Assembly: GCA_017456985.1 (NCBI GenBank)
Contig: JAFTIH010000027.1
Coordinates: forward strand, 1,575 to 65,574
Source: Clostridia bacterium
GTDB taxonomy: Bacteria; Bacillota; Clostridia; Oscillospirales; CAG-272
Length of the DNA: 64,000 nucleotides
Direction of reading: 5' to 3'
Below, piece after piece: positions 57,424 through 64,000 of this stretch (positions are counted from its first letter, which is position 1; each line of letters starts with the position of its first letter). The position numbers and the translations under genes were made by a program. Below the pieces are notes generated by a model. It was given only the letters and a program-made list of their open reading frames with translations, was not told where the DNA came from and ran no database searches.

Positions 57424-57522
57424 CCTGAAACATAGTCGTCTGCTATTGCCTGCGCCTGCTCGGCTCTGCATACTCCTTGTTTCAGTTAAGCACTTCGGAA
57501 AAACAATTATGAATTGTTTTTT
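57424..57522. repeat. Tandem element copy 2 (107 bp downstream of copy 1)
   Basis: The core at 57424-57486 differs from copy 1 at one position (C to T). It has a different terminator-like hairpin, AAAAACAATT-ATG-AATTGTTTTTT. Confidence 0.8.
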
Positions 57523-57536
57523 CTCGTTTACCCGCT

Positions 57537-57599
57537 GTCGAGGAGACTCCCGTTGCAGTAGAGGAAGCTCCCGCAGAGGCACCCGCAGACGCAGAATAA
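57537..57599 (+). pseudogene. Displaced duplicate of the rplQ 3' end (alternative L17 C-terminal tail with stop codon)
   Basis: 37 nt are identical to rplQ 57191-57227. The sequence then diverges but stays in frame ([20 protein letters not shown]-stop). It is followed by an exact copy of the rplQ terminator. Confidence 0.7.
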
Positions 57600-57606
57600 T
57601 TGCACC

Positions 57607-57637
57607 AAAAGCACCGTGTGAAAGCACGGTGCTTTTT
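57607..57637 (+). terminator. Intrinsic terminator (copy 2 of the rplQ terminator)
   Basis: Identical AAAAGCACCGTGTGAAAGCACGGTGCTTTTT. Confidence 0.8.
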
Positions 57638-57800
57638 CATATTTACTTTTCTTGATTTTTGTGCTATACTGTACGTGAGGATTTGTTTTATTACGGCAAG
57701 CATATGCGAAATCACCTGTCGCACGACAAAAACTGTCGCAGACGAAACGGAAACGATCGTGTATAATGAAATCACCAAAGAACAGAAAGGTGATTTCCCA

Positions 57801-58145
57801 ATGAGAAACTACGTAATTTGCAAATGTGCAGGACAAGCGAAAACGTCTTTTTACCTCGTATTAAACAACGACGAGCATTATTTGTTCACGCAAGGCTATC
57901 GCAAGGGCGTCAAGGAGTACTTTATGAAAGGCGTAACGATCCACGATGCCTTCGACACGAGCAAAGCAAGGTTTGACAGCGCTTTGATGCGCACGATGGA
58001 AAAAATACCGTCTTACATTCGGTACGTTGAAAAAGAATGTGGCATTGCCGTATTAGAGAAAACGAAGAAAAAACGAAAGCGCCTTGCCGCCAAATGCGAT
58101 AGCAGAAGCAAGAGCGCCGTTCATTTGCGCTTTAGCTGCACGTGA
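57801..58145 (+). CDS. Hypothetical small protein (114 aa)
   Basis: ATG with SD AGAAAGGTGA. An extended -10-like TGTATAAT lies at 57760-57767. The segment is AT-richer. I recognise no family. Confidence 0.45.
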   Translation: MRNYVICKCAGQAKTSFYLVLNNDEHYLFTQGYRKGVKEYFMKGVTIHDAFDTSKARFDSALMRTMEKIPSYIRYVEKECGIAVLEKTKKKRKRLAAKCDSRSKSAVHLRFSCT

Positions 58146-58155
58146 GGGAGGTCTT

Positions 58156-59319
58156 ATGATGACAACGGTAAAGAATATTCAAAAATTCATTGAAGACGTG
58201 ATGGATCGGTACTCTATATCGTACGACTTCTTCTTCACGACGTATAACGACGAAGACCGACCGGTCAGACGCAGAGTTTTTCCGCAAGGCAAAGTGGATG
58301 AATACAACTTGAACCGTGTTTGTCGCATCCTTGGTTTGGATAAGGACGTGATATTGTGCGCAGACAGAGAAAAGGCAAACCTCTGGTTTCAAAAATTTCC
58401 TTTTTTTCGCATAATGCTTGAATACAGAACGGCAAATTATTATGCCACCTACGGAACGTCCCCCGCAGAGGGAAGGCTTTTAAGCGCAATTTTCGGGCAA
58501 AGGTTTTGCAAAAAGTACGCAGATGAAGAAATAAAAGACAGGCTGTTGCAAACGCTCAAGCAATACGATAGTGTAATCCCGCATTTGTATCATCCCAACG
58601 CGACGATCGATAGATTTTTGCACAGTGAGCAGGATTTCGTTCCGTTTGAGCGGGTGGAAGGTTTGGTGCAGAGCTTCCTCTTGTTGGTCGAACGGCATAA
58701 GGAGCTATTCTTTAAGATCTGGCACTTGGATTTGCGTGCGGAAGAAATCAACGAGTATAATTTTCTTACGACGGTGCTTGAAGCGCAGGATATTGCCAAA
58801 GCGGGTGGGCTTTTGTACCATCATAAGGTGTTACAGATGCTTCCGATCTTTAAAAAAGAAGGATTTGAGAGGTACGAGTCCTTTGTAAAAATTGGAAAAC
58901 GCGATTTTGAGCCTTGGCGATGCCCTCGCTTCGCTGACGATTTTGCACTTGCCCAACGATATATAAACGTTTTTCCAAGAGCAAAGGAGAATATCCGCGA
59001 ATTTTGTATGCAGATCCGCAACATTCGTTGCAGCTATACGTGGTCTGACGATGAATACGTCGTTGACGAAGAGGATGCCATGGTGCCCGAGGAGCTTCGC
59101 TTGGGGCGCTACCGTCCCTTGAAGCAAATCTACGTTCCGAAGACGGAAGCCGAACTGGGTGACGATTTCATCTACGCGGAAAAGCTGAGTCGATTGGCGG
59201 CGCCGCCCACGCAAAACGGTCTTGTCGTCCCACAACCCGAGAGCCCCCAGGTTAAAAACTTTATGCGTCGTATGATGGATAGAGTTGCCGCCGGTATAAA
59301 AAAGGGGGAGGACGATTGA
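58156..59319 (+). CDS. Hypothetical protein (387 aa)
   Basis: ATG 58156 with SD GAGGGAGG. The long ORF is uninterrupted in AT-richer DNA, where spurious long ORFs are unlikely. I recognise no family. Confidence 0.6.
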   Translation: MMTTVKNIQKFIEDVMDRYSISYDFFFTTYNDEDRPVRRRVFPQGKVDEYNLNRVCRILGLDKDVILCADREKANLWFQKFPFFRIMLEYRTANYYATYGTSPAEGRLLSAIFGQRFCKKYADEEIKDRLLQTLKQYDSVIPHLYHPNATIDRFLHSEQDFVPFERVEGLVQSFLLLVERHKELFFKIWHLDLRAEEINEYNFLTTVLEAQDIAKAGGLLYHHKVLQMLPIFKKEGFERYESFVKIGKRDFEPWRCPRFADDFALAQRYINVFPRAKENIREFCMQIRNIRCSYTWSDDEYVVDEEDAMVPEELRLGRYRPLKQIYVPKTEAELGDDFIYAEKLSRLAAPPTQNGLVVPQPESPQVKNFMRRMMDRVAAGIKKGEDD

Positions 59320-59320
59320 A

Positions 59321-59536
59321 ATGATGGAAAAATCGTTCTCTCTTGTCGCAGGCGAAAGACTAAGACAGCTGATCAAGGAATATTATTCGTCCCAAGAGGA
59401 GTTTGCACTCGACTACCCGATGGATCTGCGAACAGTGAGTCGCTATGTCAATAACGGCATCACAAGGATCGATACGATTCAAGAGCTGGCTGAATTTTTT
59501 AAGGTTCCGTTCATTACGTTTTTTGAATCTACGTGA
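59321..59536 (+). CDS. XRE-family helix-turn-helix protein (71 aa)
   Basis: HTH_3-like pattern: GERLRQLIKEYYSSQEEFALDYPMDLRTVSRYVNNG. Confidence 0.65.
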   Translation: MMEKSFSLVAGERLRQLIKEYYSSQEEFALDYPMDLRTVSRYVNNGITRIDTIQELAEFFKVPFITFFEST

Positions 59537-59571
59537 GATCGTTATATACTTGGAAAAGAAAGGAGCGTACG

Positions 59572-59838
59572 GTGGAAGATTTTTGGAAAACATATGGTGG
59601 CAAAGAGCGATCCTCGGACGACGGACGACAGCAAAGCCGTGCTATAAATGCAGACGGGGGAGCAAAAAAACAACGCGAAAGCCCCGACGAAAAGAAAAAG
59701 GCGCTTTTCTTACAGCAAAAGAAAACGCTGGACACCTTTCTTGGGACGGGTGCCATCACGCGCGCGCAGTATGATAAAAGCCTTGGCGACCTCATTGAAA
59801 AAATGGGGATGCAGGGCGTGGAACAGGAATCATTTTGA
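59572..59838 (+). CDS. Small protein with a SHOCT-like C-terminal motif
   Basis: I prefer GTG 59572 (SD AAAGGAG, 6 nt spacer). Motif LDTFLGTGAITRAQYDKSLGDLIEKM. Lys/Glu-rich middle. Confidence 0.45.
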   Translation: MEDFWKTYGGKERSSDDGRQQSRAINADGGAKKQRESPDEKKKALFLQQKKTLDTFLGTGAITRAQYDKSLGDLIEKMGMQGVEQESF

Positions 59839-59867
59839 CTTATTTTTTTCAAACGGAGGATAATGAC

Positions 59868-60776
59868 ATGAGCAATGAGAAGAAAACGGAAATGCAAGAG
59901 AAAAAGATTGATTTGGGAACAGTTATCGCGACTGTTACAAAAATGCCGGGTGTTAAAGTTAATAGAGAGGCTTTTTTGAAGGAGCAATTTAAGGATTTAA
60001 GCAAAGAAGAAATTGCTTGTATCGTTGAAAAAGGCCCGGTGGATGCGGGGCAAAGCCGTGAAGCGTTAGCCAAAAAGGCGAGTAGAATTATAAAAGAGCG
60101 TACTGCGGTTTCATCTGCAGCCTCTTTGGTGGCTGGGCTTCCCGGAGGAATGGCTGTGCTTGCGACGCTTCCCGCAGACATCGTACAGTTCTATGCGGTA
60201 GCGTTGAGAATGGCGCAAGAATTAGTTTATTTGTATGGGGAAAAAGATTTATGGTGTGAGGCTACTGATAACTATGAACACGTAAACAATCAACTTATTT
60301 TGTATTGTGGCGTAATGTTAGGAGCTTCCGGTGCGGATGCAACAGTTAAGGTTTTGGCGGCGGCACTGGCAAAACAAGCATTGAACCAACTGCCTAAAAA
60401 GGCGTTAACGAAGACCTTTTATTTTCCTGCAATTAGAGCTACACTCAAATTCTTTGGTATCAAGCTCACAAAATCGATGTTCGGAAAGGGTGTTTCCAAG
60501 GTTGTTCCCATTTTGGGGGGAGTTGTATCCGGCGGCATAACACTTGCGTCAATGCTTCCTATGGGCAAGCGGCTTGCAAAGGTTTTGGATAAAGCGCACT
60601 TCGACTATTCGGAAGAAGATTTTGAGAAGGATATCAATATCATATTGGAACTTTCCGAGAAAGAGGAGGAAGATGTCTTAGCAAAAATTGAAAATGCTAA
60701 AGCTTTGTTGGATGAAGGCGTTATAACAGAGGGCGAATTCCTTAAGATAAAAGAAAAATTGCTCTCGGAAATCTAA
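59868..60776 (+). CDS. EcsC-like protein with a C-terminal SHOCT domain
   Basis: ATG 59868 with SD ACGGAGGA. The central LPGGMAVLATLPADIVQFYAVALRMAQELVYLYG resembles the EcsC family. The C-terminal AKALLDEGVITEGEFLKIKEKLLSEI is a typical SHOCT motif. Confidence 0.6.
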   Translation: MSNEKKTEMQEKKIDLGTVIATVTKMPGVKVNREAFLKEQFKDLSKEEIACIVEKGPVDAGQSREALAKKASRIIKERTAVSSAASLVAGLPGGMAVLATLPADIVQFYAVALRMAQELVYLYGEKDLWCEATDNYEHVNNQLILYCGVMLGASGADATVKVLAAALAKQALNQLPKKALTKTFYFPAIRATLKFFGIKLTKSMFGKGVSKVVPILGGVVSGGITLASMLPMGKRLAKVLDKAHFDYSEEDFEKDINIILELSEKEEEDVLAKIENAKALLDEGVITEGEFLKIKEKLLSEI

Positions 60777-60781
60777 ATACG

Positions 60782-60808
60782 AAAAAGGCAGGGAAACCTG
60801 CCTTTTTC
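60782..60808. terminator. Bidirectional intrinsic terminator
   Basis: AAAAAGGCAGG-GAAA-CCTGCCTTTTT between convergent genes. Confidence 0.8.
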
Positions 60809-60831
60809 GTTTGTTCGTTTGTATGAGGCAT

Positions 60832-61986
60832 CTACTTATCCAAGCACCCGCGTGCGAGGGCGTTGCAAAAGCCGGACGCGGTAAAAAACTTGTATTCTCC
60901 GATACAAAGTCCGTTGTCAAGAGAAAAGCCGTGTCCCTCGTTGTTGCCGTCCACGATTTTGGAGCAGGGGTTGAAGATGACCATCTTTTTGATGCCCGCC
61001 TCAGCTTCAAAGCCGTATGAAAAGCGGCTCTCCCACAGCTCGTGACGCTCTTGCGTTAAGTTTCGGAAATAGGTCGTCCGCAGGGCGAAGGGACGGAAAA
61101 CGAACACGTGGACGCGGGCGCCCGTGCCGTTTGCATAAAAGCGGTGGATGAGGTTCGGACGGAAGGTGCCAAACACCTTGCATTCATAGATCTCGCCTGC
61201 CGTCACCAGCGTAAAGCGCGTACCCTGTGCGCCACGAAAGAGAGAAAGGATCGGGCGTTTTAGTTCGGGGAGTGGGAGCTTTGCCTCTTTGCAAGCGTCT
61301 TGCAGCTTTTCAAGAAAGGCACGGCGAATGGAGAGGGCGCGAAGGATGCGGACCAGCCATAGCGTGCCAAGTATCACGAGCAGAGCGCTGCCAAGCGAGC
61401 TGGTGATCAGCATCAGTGCGATGCCGGGCAGCGAAAAGCAAACCATAATAAAATAGGGAAGTGCGACACCGCCCACGAAGTAAAGCAGAGCGAAGAAAAG
61501 CACGCGAAAGGGGAAGAAAAAGGGTGCCTTTTTGCCCTTGGCGTCGTTTTTCTCCCGATAGGATAGTCCCGACACACTGCCAAGCACGAAGGCAAGGAGA
61601 TAGAGCGGAAGGATGGCTCTTGAAGAGAGATAAAGCAAAAATGGCGACAGATTGCCGAACAAAGTGGCAAACATCGGCGTGGGAACGGGGAGAAAAAGAA
61701 AAAGGAGAAATGCGATCCTCGTTTTCGTGCGGTGCAAAAGAAAGGAGATCTTTTCCCGTGTGCTTTTCTTACCCTCGTATAATTGCTTTTTGTGTTCAAA
61801 GCGAATCAAAAGGCGACTGAGGGAGTAGAGAAGCAGACAGGAGAGCAAGATCGCTGTCAGGGATGCAAGCGCGGGCACTCCCGTGCGCAGGGCGTAGCGG
61901 AAGATCGCGTCAGCGTCCAAATACAGAGCTAGCCAAACGAGAAAAAAGTGAATACAGGAAAAGAAACTGATGCCGTGCTTTTTCAT
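60832..61986 (-). CDS. Membrane protein of unknown function (N-terminal polytopic region plus C-terminal soluble domain)
   Basis: 384 aa with about 7 hydrophobic helices, then a ~150 aa soluble C-terminal domain. I recognise no family. Confidence 0.55.
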   Translation of the reverse strand: MKKHGISFFSCIHFFLVWLALYLDADAIFRYALRTGVPALASLTAILLSCLLLYSLSRLLIRFEHKKQLYEGKKSTREKISFLLHRTKTRIAFLLFLFLPVPTPMFATLFGNLSPFLLYLSSRAILPLYLLAFVLGSVSGLSYREKNDAKGKKAPFFFPFRVLFFALLYFVGGVALPYFIMVCFSLPGIALMLITSSLGSALLVILGTLWLVRILRALSIRRAFLEKLQDACKEAKLPLPELKRPILSLFRGAQGTRFTLVTAGEIYECKVFGTFRPNLIHRFYANGTGARVHVFVFRPFALRTTYFRNLTQERHELWESRFSYGFEAEAGIKKMVIFNPCSKIVDGNNEGHGFSLDNGLCIGEYKFFTASGFCNALARGCLDK

Positions 61987-62010
61987 AAGCGCGCCCCTTC
62001 TTTCTTTGTT

Positions 62011-62712
62011 TTATTTTGTCAGATCCTTGATGATCTCGCCCGCCATGATCAGTCCCACGACGGAGGGAACGAAGCTGCACGATGCGGGGATAGGCTTGCC
62101 GCTTGCCTCGTCAAAGAGTGCCGTTTTGACGGGCTCCTCTTCCGAATAGACTACCTTAAGGTCGGTAATACCGTGTGCCTTCAGCTTGGTGCGCAAGGCA
62201 CGCGAAAGCGGGCAGACCTTGGTCTTGTCGATGGTGGTGACGCGAAAGGCGGTGGGGTCAAGCTTATTGCCTGCGCCCATCGCGCTGATCATCGGAATAC
62301 CGCTTTCCTTGGCGTAAACGGCAAGCGCGATCTTGGCGCTGACCGTGTCGATCGCATCGGCAAAATACGACACCCCTCGAAGCGGAAGCGTGGGGACGGT
62401 TTCGGGCAGAACGAAGGCATCCACCGTATGCACGGTGATAGCGGGGTCTATCAGGCGCACGCGCTCGCGCGCGGCGTCCGTTTTCTTTTGCCCGATCGTA
62501 GCGGTCGTCGCGTAGAGCTGACGGTTGAGGTTGCTTTCGGTATAGGCGTCGCTGTCGATAAGCGTGAGCTCTCCCACGCCCGCGCGCGCAAGCGCCTCCA
62601 CAAGATAGGACCCCACGCCGCCAAGTCCAAACACGGCAACGTGAGAAGCATTTAATCGCGCGATCGCGTCTTCGCCCAAAAGAAGCGCGGTACGGCTGTG
62701 GCGTTCTTGCAT
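62011..62712 (-). CDS. tcdA: ThiF/E1-like tRNA threonylcarbamoyladenosine dehydratase
   Basis: VAVFGLGGVGSY Rossmann motif. DSDAYTESNLNRQ. I chose ATG 62712 with SD AAAGGAGA. Confidence 0.75.
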   Translation of the reverse strand: MQERHSRTALLLGEDAIARLNASHVAVFGLGGVGSYLVEALARAGVGELTLIDSDAYTESNLNRQLYATTATIGQKKTDAARERVRLIDPAITVHTVDAFVLPETVPTLPLRGVSYFADAIDTVSAKIALAVYAKESGIPMISAMGAGNKLDPTAFRVTTIDKTKVCPLSRALRTKLKAHGITDLKVVYSEEEPVKTALFDEASGKPIPASCSFVPSVVGLIMAGEIIKDLTK

Positions 62713-62753
62713 ACGGTTCTCCTTTCTTCGCACGCCGTGCGGTTGTAGCGGGA

Positions 62754-63326
62754 TCATTTCGGGGGATGCTTCAAAAGGTACGCCTTTTGCAGAGCAAAGG
62801 TCGTTTTGCCATCCTCAAGCACACCGTCAAGCACCATTCCAAGGGCATCGCGAAGCGGAAGGGTGAGGGGCAAAAGGTTTTCGTCCTCGTCGGGATGGCA
62901 TTCGCCAAAGGTAAGATCCTCGGCGAGAAAACAGTAAATGCGCTCGGACAGGATCGCAGGGGAGGACAGATAAACGCCAAGCGGCGTCATTTTCCCCGCC
63001 GTGGCGCCAATCTCTTCCGAAAGCTCGCGCCTTGCGGCTTCCATCACGTCGTCCTCGCCGACCTCGAGCTTGCCCGCAGGGATCTCAAGCGTGCTTCTTC
63101 CTACCGCGTAGCGGTACTGTCGCACGAGCGTCACGCGCTCCTCGCCATCCAGCGCCACAACGGCGACGGCACCGCGGTGCAGAGCGTATTCGCGCATCGA
63201 TTCCTTGCCGTTCGGAAGGGCGATTTTATCGCGGAATACGTGCAAGACCTTGCCGTCGAAGATCTCCTCGCGCGCAATGGGCTCCTCGCGCAAAAGGGTG
63301 TCGAAATCCATATTTTTTTCGTTCAT
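62754..63326 (-). CDS. NUDIX hydrolase (ADP-ribose pyrophosphatase-like)
   Basis: NUDIX box GKLEVGEDDVMEAARRELSEEIG. I chose ATG 63326. Confidence 0.8.
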   Translation of the reverse strand: MNEKNMDFDTLLREEPIAREEIFDGKVLHVFRDKIALPNGKESMREYALHRGAVAVVALDGEERVTLVRQYRYAVGRSTLEIPAGKLEVGEDDVMEAARRELSEEIGATAGKMTPLGVYLSSPAILSERIYCFLAEDLTFGECHPDEDENLLPLTLPLRDALGMVLDGVLEDGKTTFALQKAYLLKHPPK

Positions 63327-63426
63327 TACGATTTTCCTTTTTTGGATAGAAAATAGTTGCAAAAAAATGGTAAAAATCCTTGTCAAGATGCGAAGGTGTA
63401 GAAAATGCCGTTTGCTTTAAAAAAGT

Positions 63427-63533
63427 TTTTCCACATCTAAAATGTTGAAAATGTTGAAAACTTTTGGGAAAAAAGGCTTTGAAAGCCGTTTGGGGTGTGG
63501 AAAACCCAAAAGTTATCCACAACGTTTTCCACA
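63427..63533. promoter_or_regulatory. Cluster of four DnaA boxes with AT-rich ATGTTGAAAA repeats
   Basis: TTTTCCACA at 63427-63435. TGTGGAAAA (inverted) at 63496-63504. Perfect consensus TTATCCACA at 63513-63521. TTTTCCACA at 63525-63533. ATGTTGAAAA occurs three times (63442-63461 and 63548-63557). Confidence 0.6.
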
Positions 63534-63693
63534 GTTTTCACCTCAAAATGTTGAAAACTCGGAAAAACAGAAAACTGTGCGATTTGCACAAATTTCCCAT
63601 TTAATCCCACGAAAAAGGCAGTTAAAGGATGGGGAAAAATGGATTTTTCGCCCCGGATGCTAATCGGTTTTGGTAAAATTTCTCTGCCGCGAA

Positions 63694-64000
63694 TTAAGTC
63701 CGTTTTCCCTGCTTTTTGGCTTTTCCACCGAAGGAGACGCGTGGTTTTGCGCCTTTTTTCGTCCCTTTTTGGGCGGGCGTTGCACCGCCCTTCCGCGTAG
63801 GGAGGTGTGAGGTGTGCTTGCCTCCTCGGCTTGCGGATCTTTTTACGCCCGCGCGGTCGGCCTTTTTGGCGTCAGTGCCCCGTTCGGGGTGCTTTTCCTT
63901 CGACGGTGCCTGCCCGCCAAAGTGAGAAGCGGGCGCGGGGCGCACCAGACATTCGGGGCCGTTGCCGATCAGGTCCTCGCGGTGCGCATAGCGAAGCGCC
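63694..64000 (-). CDS. 3' end of an unidentified gene entering from the right edge; strongly basic low-complexity C-terminal tail
   Basis: The minus-strand frame is open from position 64000 to the stop at 63694. The tail is rich in K/R/G/A/P. Real coding status is uncertain. Confidence 0.3.
   Translation of the reverse strand, partial: ALRYAHREDLIGNGPECLVRPAPASHFGGQAPSKEKHPERGTDAKKADRAGVKRSASRGGKHTSHLPTRKGGATPAQKGTKKGAKPRVSFGGKAKKQGKRT

Noticed and set aside
57251-57778. Short ORFs (60-98 aa, both strands) across the duplicated rplQ end and the tandem elements; a possible small toxin or peptide.
   Set aside because: There is no usable ribosome-binding site at proper spacing. The ORFs run through terminator hairpins. 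The repeat conservation pattern fits an RNA or DNA element better.
63427-63560. Calling this the chromosomal replication origin outright.
   Set aside because: No dnaA, dnaN or rpmH is in the window, and GC skew cannot be assessed from 64 kb. It is reported only as a DnaA-box cluster.

Overview
High-GC, Clostridia-like chromosomal segment. The taxon guess (a gut anaerobe of the Oscillospiraceae/Ruminococcaceae type) rests only on gene content and order.

Left to right:
1. 238-9929: two T-box-controlled paralogous genes, each an HTH-cupin module fused to an AMP-forming acyl-CoA synthetase. They are followed by a P-loop NTPase, a four-subunit 2-oxoacid:ferredoxin oxidoreductase and ilvE. I read this as a branched-chain fatty acid to branched-chain amino acid salvage module that works by reductive carboxylation.
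2. 10049-12755: metY and metA, separated by a ~440 bp hierarchical tandem repeat. It has about 20 copies of AGTGGTATT, each followed by a short GC hairpin.
3. 13084-31693: the most unusual part. This is an ~18.4 kb, five-gene operon with one promoter and one terminator. It encodes a secreted vWA/MIDAS membrane protein, two giant paralogous tubulin/FtsZ-superfamily GTPases, a coiled-coil membrane protein, and a 1823 aa polytopic membrane protein with a zinc ribbon and a C-terminal transglutaminase-like Cys-His-Asp core. I recognise no assigned function for it.
4. 31702-41043: a convergent SbcC/SbcD-like (YhaN/YhaO-like) pair, a cyclophilin, a YtvI/AI-2E-like permease, rpmB, polA and a membrane protein.
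5. 41199-57289: the complete S10-spc-alpha ribosomal protein supercluster, rpsJ to rplQ, including secY, adk, map, infA, rpmJ and rpoA.
6. 57191-60808: a duplicated rplQ 3' end that brackets two tandem 107-bp structured elements, then a visibly AT-richer ~3 kb islet of small genes (XRE HTH, SHOCT-type).
7. 60832-64000: a membrane protein, tcdA, a NUDIX hydrolase and a cluster of four DnaA boxes.

No rRNA, tRNA, CRISPR array or transposase/integrase gene was seen. Most long antisense ORFs in the track are high-GC shadow frames. All calls come from reading translations and motifs; no searches were run.
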